29,315 nt of DNA from Octopus sinensis (Eukaryota): NCBI RefSeq assembly GCF_006345805.1, contig NW_021836653.1:1-29315 (forward strand). The letters are read 5' to 3'. Numbering within the stretch: position 1 is the stretch's first letter; every line of letters begins with the position of its first letter. This document shows, in pieces, positions 1 through 11,838 of this stretch. Below the pieces are notes generated by a model. That model searched no databases and was not told the DNA's origin. It saw only the letters and a list, made by a program, of their open reading frames with translations. A program made the translations under genes and the position numbers.

Positions 1-56
1 CGGTTCATCGAATTTTCCATGTTGACGGTAACATAGGATAATTCATTCACCTGTCG

Positions 57-116
<60 letters not shown>

Positions 117-122
117 CTATAT
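57..122. repeat. (TA)n microsatellite, one of many; others include ~1408-1428, 1599-1636, 2376-2398, 4165-4240, 7902-7960, 17175-17300, 18503-18740, 19930-20062
   Basis: Direct inspection. Confidence 0.95.
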
Positions 123-232
123 ATTCGTTTGCAACCTTTAGGAGGTCCCACTTTTAAGCCTACACAGTTGATCATATCAAACCAAAGCTATTTTGTATAT
201 GTGTGTATATCCGTGTGTATCTCTGTCAATTC

Positions 233-328
233 GCGTGGCCGTATGGTTAGGGTGTTAGACTCACGACCAAGATCGTAGGTTCGACCCCAGAACCGAGCGT
301 CGCGTTGTATTCTTGAGTAAGGTGCTTC
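233..328 (+). mobile_element. Degenerate tRNA-headed SINE 5' fragment (family C)
   Basis: A-box-like TGGCCGTATGGTTAGG and B-box-like GGTTCGACCC, then GTTGTATTCTTGAGTAAGG similar to the 1099-1403 copy. Confidence 0.6.
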
Positions 329-533
329 TTTTAACGTTAACGCAGTACAAGACACTAGTCTCAAAGTGCAGTGTACAGAGGCTGTAGTGGAACTCAAAGG
401 CTGCAAAGCAACCTTCTTCGCCACATAGCTAAGCCACTCCTATTACGATGTAAGAATTACTTTATGTACTTAAAATGTACACAACGATTTAAAATAACAC
501 GGAATTAATACTTACACCCACACACACACGCAC

Positions 534-569
<36 letters not shown>

Positions 570-687
570 GCACCAAGTATGTGGTTAGGTCTGCACTAAT
601 CACAAATGTATACTCGTATAGATAAGAAATCGAGGTCAGCCGCCAAACGGGAAGTGGAGACATAGGTCAAGTTATTTTAACATGTAC

Positions 688-1080
688 AGGCGTGGCTGTA
701 GTAAAATGTTTGCTTCCCAACCACATGGTTTGAGGTTCAGTCTCACTGCGTGGCATGTTGAGCAAGTGTGTTATGCCATAATCTCGGGCCGACCAAAGCC
801 TTGTGAGTGGATTTAGTAGACGGAAATTGAAAGAAACCAGTCGTATATATAAAAATAAATATGTGTGTGTGTATGTAACTATGTGTGTCTTTATGTCTAT
901 ATACCCATCACCACTTGATAACCGGTGTTGGTATTTTAACATCCCCCCATAACTTAGCGGTTCGACAAAAGGGATCCATAGAATAGTACTTGGTTTAAAA
1001 AATAAGTCTCTGGGTCCGTTTGTTCGACTAAAACCCTTCAAGGCAGTGTTCCAGTCAAATGACTGAAACAAGTAAAAGAG
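688..1080 (+). mobile_element. tRNA-headed SINE (family A), near full length
   Basis: Head GGCGTGGCTGTAGTAA...GAGGTTCAGTCTCAC, internal (TG)n, tail CAGTCAAATGACTGAAACAAGTAAAAGAG; homologous pieces at 8460-8562, 13411-13612, 13741-13838 and 27910-27975. Confidence 0.85.
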
Positions 1081-1098
1081 TTAAAGGATATATGTATA

Positions 1099-1403
1099 TG
1101 GCTCAGTGGTTAGAGCGTCGAGCTTACGATCGTGAGGTTGTGAGTTCGATTCCTGGACCGGGCTGCGTGTTGTGTTCTTGAGCAAAGACACTTTATTTCA
1201 CGTTGCTCTAGTTTACTCAGCTGTAGAAATGAGTTGCAACGTCACAGGTGCCAAGCTGTATCGGCCTTTGTCTCTCCCTTGGACTACATCGATGGCGTGG
1301 AGAGGATAGGTTGGTATGCATGGGCGACTGCTGGTTCTCCATACACAAGCTCACCTGGACTTGCGCCTCGGAGGGCAACTTTCTAGGTGCAATCCCATGG
1401 TCT
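1099..1403 (+). mobile_element. tRNA-headed SINE (family C head)
   Basis: A box TGGCTCAGTGGTTAGAG, B box GAGTTCGATTCC, central GTGTTGTGTTCTTGAGCAAAGACAC shared with the copies at 4602-4819 and 15187-15556. Confidence 0.85.
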
Positions 1404-1596
1404 TTCTATATATATATATATATATATATTGTGTGTGTGTGTGTGTGTGTGGTGTGTGTGTGTTAGTGAGGTATACTTGCCATCTCAATATGGTTAACCA
1501 CTAAGGGTGGGTGTTACTGTAGCTTGTAGCCCCAGGAGAACATCGTCTCCAGCTGGCTTTAGGCACACTTGGGTGGTTGTTATACCTCGTTTAGAG

Positions 1597-1638
<42 letters not shown>

Positions 1639-1721
1639 GGTCCCCGGGTTGATTCGGGGTTACCACAGTAAATAAGGTACTCAATACATAGCATAGTAAA
1701 ATTAATTTATTATATAGAAGG

Positions 1722-1771
1722 AGCTTCTACAGGACTAGAACTGTTTCATTCAAGAGAATCTTCAGGAAGCT
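1722..1771 (-). ncRNA. Type I hammerhead ribozyme-like motif
   Basis: Minus strand reads AGCTTC-CTGAAGA-TTCTCTTGAAT-GAA-ACAG-TTCTAGTC-CTGT-A-GAAGCT: 6-bp stem I, intact CUGANGA/GAAA core, 4-bp stem III, GUA cleavage triplet; stem II is weak. Confidence 0.65.
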
Positions 1772-2303
1772 AGTTACAAGAATTGTATTGGCATTTATAC
1801 ATTTAGGCAGGTTTAAAGGGGTGTTGGTGGGGGACTTTTTGGGGGTAGGCATAGCGCAAAAAATCATACTTGGGGAGTGGTAAAGGAGTCAGTGTTAATT
1901 AGATAGGAGAATAAATAAAAAAATAAAAATAAAAATTAAAAATTAAAAAAAAAAAAAATAAAAAAAATAAAAATAAATAAAAATAAAAATAAAAAATAAA
2001 AAATAAAAAATAAAAAAAAAATATAAAATATAAAAAATAAAAAATAAAAAATAAAAAATAGAAAATAAAAAAATATAAAAAAATAAAATAAAATATTTTT
2101 TATTTTTTATTTTTTATTTATTTATTTATTTATTTATTTATTTTTTTTTTTTATTATTTATTCTCCTATCTAATTTAACACTGACTCCTTTACCACTCCC
2201 CCAAGTATGATTTTTTGCGCTATGCCTACCCCCAAAAAGTCCCCCACCAACACCCCTTTAAACCTGCCTAAATGTATAAATGCCAATACAATTCTTGTTA
2301 ACT

Positions 2304-2354
2304 AGCTTCCTGAAGATTTCTCTTGAATGAAACAGTTCTAGTCTTGTAGAAGCT
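2304..2354 (+). ncRNA. Type I hammerhead ribozyme-like motif (mirror copy of 1722-1771)
   Basis: AGCTTC-CTGAAGA-TTTCTCTTGAAT-GAA-ACAG-TTCTAGTC-TTGT-A-GAAGCT; stem III has a G-U pair where the other arm has G-C. Confidence 0.62.
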
Positions 2355-2609
2355 CCTTCTATATAATAAATTAAATATATATATATATATATATATATTA
2401 TTTACATTATTATATGATCGAACTCCACGCATCCTTTTCCCAGTGAGTTTTATCTAAATAATTACGATGCGCACTCTTCTTCTTTACTATCTCTTCTCTG
2501 TTTATCTCTCTCCCTCTCTTGTCCTTCATCCTTTCTGGTTTTCTCTCCCACACTTCCCTATTCTTCTCCTCTCCCCTTCACCGTTCCCTCTTTCTCACTC
2601 CTCCTCCTC

Positions 2610-2830
2610 CTCCTCCTCGACTCTCTCGTCGCTGACACCTGAGGAGAGGGAATCCATCTTTCCGACTACTACCTTCGCAAACACTAAACGGGCTTTTCCT
2701 GTCTCTTCATAAGCTCGTCTTCTTTGAACGTTCAGAATAATTTTTCCATCGTCTTGGCTTAACAACCCTCATCGTTTGTTTTTACCATTTTGTTCTCCTT
2801 GTTCTGTCTTTTACTGTTTTTACTTTTTAT
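2610..2830 (+). repeat. Unclassified interspersed repeat, homologous to 5800-5990 (minus)
   Basis: Shared blocks ACTCTCTCGT.GC, CTTTT..CTGTC.CTTC...AAGCTCGT and CTTAACA.CCCTC..CGTTTGTTTTTAC. Confidence 0.7.
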
Positions 2831-3334
2831 TATTTTTACTGTGTGTGTGTGTGTGTGTGTGTCAGAGAAAAAATTGGCACAAATGAGTACTCTTTGCGTA
2901 CTTTTGTATTGTGTCAAAGCCCACCCTCGGATACGGACAACTTGTGTGTACAAGCGATGGTGATTAACTTGTAAGCCGAAACTTGAATGGCCTATGCAAT
3001 TGACATTTATTTCAATAAATTATTTTCTAAACAATTTTCGTATTCGTTCTTCAACGGAACACATATACAGCATTATTATAGTAACTGTGTTTAATGTTTC
3101 TTTAATACTATACCAAGGACAGTGAAAACTACGCTTCGATGATGAGGTCAGATTAATAAAACATTACGGGGGTTATTTCCCTTGTTTACTAAGAAAGGGA
3201 AAATAACATTAATTATTGAGTAATACCATTTTTTTTCTTCACTAAATATTTATTTCTGGTTAGCTTTTTAAAATGTTCCCTGCATCAAATGTGTTAACAC
3301 TAACTTGTCTATGTTGCTATGAATTTATGTCAGG

Positions 3335-3339
<5 letters not shown>

Positions 3340-3379
<40 letters not shown>

Positions 3380-3705
3380 ACATACACGCATTATATATAT
3401 ATATGTATATAGATGCGTGTTCGTCTATATGTTTGTATGTATATGTGTGTACATCTGTATGTTTGTATGTATATGTATGTACGTCTATATGTTTGTATGT
3501 GTATGTGTATTATGTTTGGGTGGATATGTGTGTGAGCGTACGTGAGAGTCAATAGGTTTGTATTCGGTCTATGATTGTATATAGTAATGTTTATGTCTGT
3601 ATTTACAAAATGCCATCGGTTTGTTGAGTGATGCAAATATTTGTATATATATACATGGGTGTGTGTTGTGTGTTGTGTGTATGTGTGTGTATGTGTGTGT
3701 GTGTT

Positions 3706-3763
<58 letters not shown>

Positions 3764-4182
3764 GTTGAATTTAATCGAACATGCCACCGGGCGTGAGAAG
3801 CGTGTTAATGTTTATCGCGCAATTTCTCTTTTTCGTATCCCATATATGTATGTATGTATGTATGAATGTATATGTATGTGTGCGTGTGTGTATGTATGTG
3901 TGTATGTATGTGTATGTATGTATCTATGTGTATGTATGTACGTATGTGTGTATGTTAGCATGTGTGTGTATGTATGCATGTGTGTGTATGCATATATTTA
4001 TGTATATATGTATATGTATACAGACACGTACATACATATACCAACATACGTAACTATGTGTATATCTGCGTGTGTTATGTATATACACACGCGCGCATGC
4101 ATATACACATACAAATTGCATATATTTACAGACAGACAGATAAATATATTGACACATATAGGTATATATATATATATAATAT

Positions 4183-4241
<59 letters not shown>

Positions 4242-4250
4242 CACACACAT
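3340..4250. repeat. Compound (TA)/(TG)/(TATG) microsatellite tract
   Basis: Direct inspection; source of the V/C/Y/M-rich ORFs. Confidence 0.9.
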
Positions 4251-4601
4251 ACTATGTTTCCTTTTATTATGCAGGTCAATTATTCCTTCAATAAAATCAA
4301 AGCCATTTATCCGATTTTCTTGAAATTTTTACGAGCTATTTAGGATTATGTATCTCAGGTCACGTGTAGTTTTTCATCTAAATTGGCGTACACGTAAAGC
4401 AGAAATGAAGAAAAACACGTTTATAGGATGTTTCTTTTTTTATGCAAGTTAACAAATATTACATAAACTACATCTAATGTGATTTACATATAGAGCAATA
4501 CATAACCAGACCATTAACATATATGTATATCTTCTACCAAACAATCATTATACATTTTACATCTTTATATAGCCTCCTTTAAAAATAAAATGAATGCTCA
4601 T

Positions 4602-4819
4602 GGGCCCGGTTTCTCGGTTTCAATGGCGTGTGTGTTCCGCATCTGGACGGGACGCCAGTCCATCGCAGCGTTACTCATTTTTGCCAGCTGAGTGGACTGG
4701 AGCAACGGGAAATGAAGTGTTTTGCTCAAGAACACAATGCGTAGCCCGGTCTAGGAATGGAAACCACAATCTTACGATCATGATGCTGACACCCTAACCA
4801 CTAAGCCACGCGCCTCCAC
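4602..4819 (-). mobile_element. SINE family C copy
   Basis: Minus-strand head GTGGAGGCGCGTGGCTTAGTGGTTAGGG and core GTGTTCTTGAGCAAAACAC. Confidence 0.8.
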
Positions 4820-4838
4820 CATACCATTCTTTACCATA

Positions 4839-5059
4839 AGCTGGCAGAATCGTTAGCACGCCGGGCAAAATGCCTAGCAGTATTTCGTCTGTCGTTACGT
4901 TCTGAGTTCAAATTCCGCCGAGGTTGACTTTGCCTTTCATCCTTTCGGGGTCGATAAATAAAGTACCAGTTTCGCACTGGGGTCGATGTAATCGACTTAA
5001 TTCCTTTGTCTGTCCTTGTTTAGCCCCTTGTGTTTAGCCCCTTGTGGGTAATAAAGAAA
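4839..5059 (+). mobile_element. tRNA-headed SINE (family B)
   Basis: AGCTGGCAGAATCGTTAGCACGCCGGGC...GAGTTCAAATTCCGCCGAGG...GTGGGTAATAAAGAAA; high identity to four other copies in the window. Confidence 0.92.
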
Positions 5060-5066
5060 CATATAT

Positions 5067-5508
5067 AAATCTAAATATTCTCTCATCAACTGATTTTGTC
5101 AATTTCTCAACAATCTTACCTTTAATATTACTTGCAGCAGTTTTTATTGCTTCCCATAGTAAAACCTTGTTTGCATATTGTTTCCCATTAGAGTATATAT
5201 TTTTTTAAATAATTGACCACAAATTCTCTATTGGATTCAGATCTGGAGATTGCGGTGGGTGGAGTGGGTACAATTCTGTTATCTTGTTCTTTGAAACCTT
5301 TCTTAGCTAAACGGTTAATAGTGAGTTTGGCAGAGTGTGAAGGAGCATTATCATGCATTATCATGCTTAAATATGTTCTTTAACTCGAAACTTCGCGATG
5401 TTGACTTGTGCCAATGGAAGAAGTTGTCATCTAGAAAACTTACAATAATTTTCAGCATTTATTTCGACTCCATCAGCAAACTTAAATGGACCTTCAATGT
5501 ACATACCT
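5067..5508 (-). pseudogene. Tc1-like (DD34E) transposase relic, catalytic and C-terminal part, frameshifted
   Basis: Manual translation across frameshifts: IEGPFKFADGVEINAENYCKF/LDDNFFHW...MHDNAPSHSAK...PPQSPDLNPIENLWSI...KLTKSVDERIFR. Confidence 0.88.
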
Positions 5509-5799
5509 ACATATATATGCATATATACTTGCATATATGGGTAGAGGACATTAAAAAAAACAACGAGACAGGATGAGAAACGAGAACATATAAAACAAAA
5601 ACAAAGAAAACGATCTTTTTGTCGAACAACGAAAAAACAGAGAGACGAGACATGCAACATAAAGAACATTCCCTTCATCAGTTGTCCCCTGTTTTATTTA
5701 CTCCGCGTTTTGGAGGCAAGGACAAGACGCGACTTCGTTAAAACAGTCCTTCCCGCAAAGCAAACTAAATAGAATTTGAGATTTTTTGCGGAGGATGAA

Positions 5800-5990
5800 A
5801 GTAGTAACAAAGACAGGACAGTGAGAATAAAACAGTAAAAACAAACGGAGAGGGCTGTTAAGTTAAGATGATGTGAAAAACGAGCTTTGAGAAGCGACAG
5901 ATAAAAGCACGTCTTGTCTTTAGGAAGGAAGTGGAAGAAAGAAAGAATGGTCGTTAGTCACGTGTGTGCAACGAGAGAGTCAAGGAGGAA
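5800..5990 (-). repeat. Unclassified interspersed repeat (partner of 2610-2830)
   Basis: Reverse-complement similarity to 2610-2830. Confidence 0.65.
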
Positions 5991-6239
5991 GAGTGGTATA
6001 TATATCCGTCCTCGTGTTGTATACATTCGAAGCTTTCTTCCAAGGGATCTAATGCGCTGGCTTAGATTTCCTTGGGGGCTGCCCAGATCGGAGCACTCTC
6101 AAGATTAATCAGCCGAAATTGCGAAAGATGATCTGGTTTGACTGATGACTGAGGGCTTCGAATGTCCCGTCCTGTGGTTCTTGTGTCGTCTCTTTGGTGT
6201 TTCATGTTCTTGTCCATGTCTGTATTTATTTTTTACTGT

Positions 6240-6925
6240 TTACACACACAAACATGCACGACACACCCAGACATACATACATACACCTATATACACACGC
6301 CCAACAAACCTACATACACACACATATACACACGCCCACACACCTACATACACACACATACATACACACACATACACGGACACACCATACATACTTACAT
6401 ACATACCCTATACACACACGCCTACACACCTACATACACACACATGCATACACACACACACATGTACGCACATACAACACACATATACGCACAGACATAT
6501 ATACCCACACACTGCACACACCACACACATACGCACACATGCATGCATGCATGCACACGCGCACACCTACACGCATACACACACACACGCAACGTACACA
6601 TACATACATACACACACGCATACATACACCCATACACATACATGATCCTACACACACATACATACACACTCCACATACATACACACACACACACTCACAC
6701 TCACACACCTGTATGTACGCGCACACACATGCACATACATTAACACCTTCCCCACACCCACACGTACATACATACACACTCATACACATACACACACACA
6801 CGGACATACATCTATGCACACACATATATACACACATACTCACATACATTCATCGGACACACTGCCACCCAGACATACACACAGACACACTCACACATCC
6901 ACACACATACATACTTACGCGCATA
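6240..6925. repeat. Degenerate (CA)/(TACA) microsatellite tract
   Basis: Direct inspection; source of the H/T-rich ORFs. Confidence 0.9.
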
Positions 6926-7544
6926 CTCGTAGGCGCGCGCACACACGCGCTTGCGCCGGTTCGCGCACGCATACGCGCCGCATGCACCTCGCTCTTGGAC
7001 CCGACGAGACCTCCCGCGCGTTCCCGGGACCGTCGCTTGTCGTTGGGTTTTCCCACGCCCGTCTGCGCGTGACTACTCTTCCATCTTCCCCTCAGCTGGA
7101 GTCCTTTTTCCTTAACCCCCTCCTTTTTGTTACACACACGCGCACACATATACACACATTGCTTAAATATATACATTTACTCTTACACATTCAAATCTCA
7201 CTCGCCATTAATACTACCACGACACTGGACACACACACACACTACTACTCAAACACACGCTGGCACGCTACATACGCCCCACCCTTCCCCTCCCTCCCTT
7301 CCTCCTTCTTCCTTTTTCTTACTACTGACCTTTGTCTGCTATGCCGACCACTGTCTCGCCCTACCTCACACGCCTACACACAGACGCACACATACATATT
7401 TTTTTGTTTTTTTTTTTTTATCTCGCCTCACACACACACATACACACACGCACACGCACACACTCACACATACACACACATCGTTGCGTAACCAACCTTG
7501 TCTCCACTCTTTTGCCTTTAAAAACACTACTTTGCTCTTGTTAT

Positions 7545-7785
7545 CGTAAAATCCGCCTGGCACCATGTGAACTCGTAAACACCAGTCGTTTTTTTTCTCT
7601 ATCCCTGTTGCCCGCTTTGGGATCTTTTCTTTCCTCTCTCTTCCTTCTTTATGTTTCCGACGAAGAGCTCCGCTCGAAACGTCATACCCTCCTGCTTCCA
7701 TTTCCTGAGCGCCCTATTAATAATTACTGTAATTGTTCCATTGTTGTTGTTTTTTTGTTTTCCCGTTTGGATTAAAATTAAATAT
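7545..7785 (+). mobile_element. Short PLE-terminal-repeat-like element with a minimal hammerhead-like motif at 7653-7687
   Basis: GTTT-CCGACGA-A-GAGC-TCC-GCTC-GAAAC-GTC-ATAC, followed by TTCCTGAGCGCC as in the 22946 and 27425 elements; U4 is C and stem I has one mismatch. Confidence 0.6.
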
Positions 7786-7904
7786 ATATATATACGTTTC
7801 TTGTTTCTTAATTGTTATTGTTGATTTATTGATGTTGAGTTGGTGACGTCGTTGCCGCATTTCTTTGCTAACTGGCAATATGACCATTCCGAAATATAAC
7901 AAAT

Positions 7905-7964
<60 letters not shown>

Positions 7965-8132
7965 TAAAGTTAGTTAGAATAAGATTGAATGGAATCAATG
8001 TAGATCATTTTCCCTATATAACCTGTTTCAGTAAGGCAGAGTTATAAAATTCGACCTTATCATTGAAAATGTCAACATTAGCAGATAACTTAGACAATCT
8101 AAATGAAATATTCTTAACTAATTAAATCTAAT

Positions 8133-8463
8133 CTCTCATTGCAGTTTCGTGAAGCTATTACTAGGAATTTTCCAAAGAATTTTAGGTATTACTCTATTAT
8201 CAACTCACATACGGTTAGGATTTGTTTTTTCCAACACTAAAAATCTCTTACAAATTATCTCTTCATATAATAGCAACCTGTTAAATATTAATACATTTAC
8301 TAATACTAATATTAATTTAGCTAATACCATCCATCCCTCTACAAATATTAATAGCAAGGTTATTGTATCTGAAGTCAATTACAACAGAATAAAGTTTATG
8401 TCAAGTAACTCTAAAATTAAAAATTCTATATACTAGTGCAAAATTATTACTAGTAATCAAGTA
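8133..8463 (+). pseudogene. Penelope-like element ORF relic: linker and start of the GIY-YIG endonuclease
   Basis: LQFREAITRNFPKNFRYYSIINSHTVRICF/SNTKNLLQIISSYNSNLLN (one frameshift) resembles the PLE FP...NxxTV.xSxxxNxxQIISxxN block; it ends KNSIY*CKIITSNQVY, where the YIG motif is expected. Confidence 0.65.
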
Positions 8464-8562
8464 TATTCTATCGGTATCTCTTGCCGAACCGCTAGGTAAC
8501 GGGGCCGTCAACACACCAGCATCGTTTGTCAAGCGATGTTGGTGGAGACAAACACAGACACA
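8460..8562 (-). mobile_element. SINE family A internal fragment
   Basis: Reverse complement matches ~900-985 of the family A copy. Confidence 0.8.
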
Positions 8563-8624
8563 GGTTTATTTTACTTTGATAATCCCTAACCAATGACTCT
8601 TATGTATATATATATATATATACA

Positions 8625-10875
8625 TAACAACCAACATAACAACCAAACAACCAACCGACAAACCAGCCAACCAAACAGCCAACCGACCAACCAGCAAACC
8701 ACCAACCAACCAGCCAAACAACCAGCCGACAAACCAGCCAACCAAACAACCAGCCGACAAACCAGCCAACCAAACAACCAACCGACAAATCAGCCAACCA
8801 AACAACCAACCGACAAACCAGCCAACCAAACAACCAACCGACAAACCATCCCACCAAAACAACCACACCCGACAAACCACCAACCAAACAACCAGCCGAC
8901 AAGACCAGCAAACCACCAACCAACCGTACAAACCAGCCAACCAAACAACCAACCGAAAACAAGCCACCAAACACAACCAACCGATAAACCAGCCAACCAA
9001 CAACCAACCGACAACTAGCCAAACAACCAAACAACCAACCGACAAACCAGCAAACACCCAACCAACCGACAAACCAGCCAACCAAACAACCAACCGACAA
9101 ATCAGCCAACCAAACAACCAGCCGACAAACCAGCCACCCAACCAACCAACCGACAAACCAGCCAACCAAACAACCAGCCGACAAACCAGCCAACCAAAAC
9201 CCCAACCGACAAACCAGCCAACCAAATAACCAACCGACAAACCAGCCAACCAAACAACCAACCGACAGACCAGCCAACCAAACAACCAGCCGACAAACCA
9301 GCAAACCCCCAACCAACCGACAAACCAGCCAACCAAACAACCAACCGACAAATCAGCCAACCAAACAACCAACCGACAAACCAGCAAACCACCAACCAAC
9401 CGACAAACCAGCCAACCATACAACCAGCCGACAAACCAACCAAACAACCAACCGACAAACCAGCTAACCGAACAACCAACCGACAAACCAGCAAACCACC
9501 AACCAACCGACAAACCAACCAACCAAATAACCAGCCGACAAACCAACCAACCAAACAACCAACCGACAAACCAGCCAACCAAACAACCAACCGCCAAACC
9601 ACCAACCAAACACCCAGCCCAACCAGCAAACCACCAACCAACCGACAAACCAGCCAACCAAACAACCAACCGATAAACCAGCCAACCAAACAACCAACCG
9701 ACCAACCAGCAAACCACCAACCAACCGACAAAGCAACCAACCAAACAACCAGCCGAGAAACCAACCAACCAAACAACCAACCGACAAACCAGCCAACCAA
9801 ACAACCAACCGACAAACCACCCAACCAAACAACCAACCGACAAACCAATCAACCAAACAACCAACCGTCAAACCAGCCAACCAAACAACCAACCGACAAA
9901 CCAGCCAACCAAACAACCAGCCGACAAACCAGCAAACCACCAACCAACCGACAAACCAGCCAACCAAACAACCAACCGACAAACCACCCAACCAAACAAC
10001 CAACCGACAAACCAGCCAACCAAACAACCAACCGACAAACCAGTCAGCCAAACAACCAACCGACAAACCAGCCAACCAAACAACCAACCGACAAATCAGC
10101 CAACCAAACAACCAACCGACCAACCAGCAAACCACCAACCAACCGACAAACCAACCAACCAAACAACCAACCGACAAACCAACCAACCAAACAACCAGCC
10201 GACAAAACAGCCAACCAAAACCCCAACCGACAAACCAGCCAACCAAATAACCAACCGACAAACCAGCCAACGAAACAACCAACCGACAAACCAACCAACC
10301 AAACAACCAACCGACAGACCAACCAACCAAACAACCAACCGACAAACCAGCCAACCAAACAACCAACCGACAAACCAGCCAACCACACCAACCGACAAAC
10401 CAGCCAACCAAACAACCAACCGACAAACCAGCCAACCAAACAACCAACCGACAAACCAGCCAACCAAACAACCAGCCGACAAACCAACCAACAACCAACC
10501 GACAAACCAGCCAACCAACCGAAAACCAACCGACAAACCAGCCAACCAAACAACCAACCGACAAACCAGCCAACCAACACCAACCGACAAACCAGCCAAC
10601 CAACAACCAACCGACAAACCAACCAACCAAACAACCAACCGACAAACCAACCAACCAAACAACCAACCGACAAACCAGCCAACCGACAAACCAACCAACC
10701 AAGCAACCAACCGACAAACCTGCCAACCACGAACCAACCGACAGACCAGCCAACTAACCAAACAACCAGCCAACCGACCGACAAACCAGCCAGCCAACAA
10801 TCCAACCAACCGACAAACCAGCCAACCAAATAACCAACCGACAAACCAGCCAACCAAACAACCAACCGACAAACC
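8625..10875. repeat. Minisatellite, 28-bp consensus AACCAAACAACCAACCGACAAACCAGCC (~80 units with variants)
   Basis: GAC recurs at 28-bp spacing (e.g. 10341, 10369); the plus strand is almost T-free, so minus frames are stop-free and give spurious W/L/V/G ORFs. Confidence 0.95.
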
Positions 10876-11430
10876 ATTTTGATGAATTTCTCAATTTTTT
10901 CTCTTCTTTTGTCTTTAGATTTTGTTTTCGTTATTTAGTTAATGAACTCACGTATTATTGTTTATAACGGAAAAGTTGACGTAGTTTAGTATTTGTTTGT
11001 TTGTTTGGTTGTGTTTGATGTTATTTCTTTTTGTTTTTTTTTTGTTGTTGTTTGTGTACGTGTGTTTTCTCTTTTTTTGTTGTTGTTGTTCTTCTTCTTC
11101 CAATCAGGACTCTCGTCATTAGTCACAAAGAATAATCTCAACTCGAGCCTATTCTAAGCTACTAAGAATGCGTGTGGCAACTTGAAGACCTACCTACCAT
11201 ACAAGATAGACTGGCGATTGCGCGGGCGCAAAAGCTACGTTGTTATCCTCATTCCATGCACGGTGGGTTTTTTTTTTTTTAACGGATGGAGTGCTGAACC
11301 ATCCTGGGGTACAGAGAATTCGCAATCTAGACTAGGGTCTGAAAGTTTACCACACCATAGTGGGTTACACCAAGGTTCCTCTGCTTTGTGGCAGAAGTAG
11401 GAAGAAAGAGTGAAAGAAAGTTGTGGTGAA

Positions 11431-11663
11431 CTGGCGGCGAGCTGACAGAATCGTTAGCATGCCGGGCAAAATGCTTAGCGGTATTTCGTCTGCCTCTACG
11501 TTCTGAGTTCAAATCCCACCGAGGTCGACTTTGCCTTTCATCCTTTCGGAGTCGATAAATTAAGTACCAGTTACGCACTGGGGTCGATGTAATCGACTTA
11601 ATACCTATGTCTGTCCTTGTTTGTCCCCTCTGTGTTTAGCCCCTTGTGGGTAGTAAAGAAATA
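11431..11663 (+). mobile_element. SINE family B, full copy
   Basis: Starts GGCGGCGAGCTGACAGAATCG; left TSD AGAAAGTTGTGGTGAA at 11415-11430. Confidence 0.93.
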
Positions 11664-11838
11664 GGTATTTCGTCTGCCGTTACGTTCTGAGTTCAAATTC
11701 CGCCGAGGTCGACTTTGCCTTTCGGGGTCGATTAAATATGTACCAGTTACGCACTGGGGTCGATATAATCGACTTAATCCGTCTGTCTTTCCTTGTTGTC
11801 TCCTCTCTGTGTTCCCGCTTGTGGGTAGTAAAGAAATA
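11664..11838 (+). mobile_element. SINE family B, 5'-truncated tandem second unit
   Basis: Restarts at GGTATTTCGTCTGCCGTTACG; right TSD at 11839-11854. Confidence 0.9.

Larger units (their letters stand above)
1702..2374. repeat. Long near-perfect inverted repeat (arms ~1702-1920 and ~2155-2374, A-rich then T-rich spacer); probable inverted PLE terminal repeats
   Basis: The arms are reverse complements apart from single-base indels and about one substitution; each carries a hammerhead-like motif. Confidence 0.95.

Noticed and set aside
1099-1160. tRNA gene calls at SINE heads (also 233, 4760-4819, 11950-12012, 15495-15556)
   Set aside because: A and B boxes are present but there is no cloverleaf or acceptor stem, and they run into SINE bodies.
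1468-1588. 8-bp inverted repeat GAGGTATA/TATACCTC as MITE ends
   Set aside because: Too short, no TSD and no second copy in the window.
2633-2690. CTGAGGA-GAGGG...CCTTC-GCAAAC hammerhead-like string
   Set aside because: GAAA is broken, there is no stem I/III, and the homologous copy near 5950 does not keep the core.
5645-5688. Minus-strand CTGATGA-AGGGAA/TTCTTT...TGTC
   Set aside because: No GAAA after the putative stem II.
6138-6170. CTGATGA...GAATGTC
   Set aside because: No stem I or II pairing and the GAAA segment is incomplete.
3273-7549. H/T/Y/I- and V/C/M-rich ORFs
   Set aside because: Microsatellite translations; the same applies at 19032-20736, 25464-25849 and 27914-28253.
8566-10877. 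Long minus-strand ORFs (up to 432 aa) rich in W/L/V/G/C
   Set aside because: They are translations of the 28-bp minisatellite in several frames; stop-free because of base composition.
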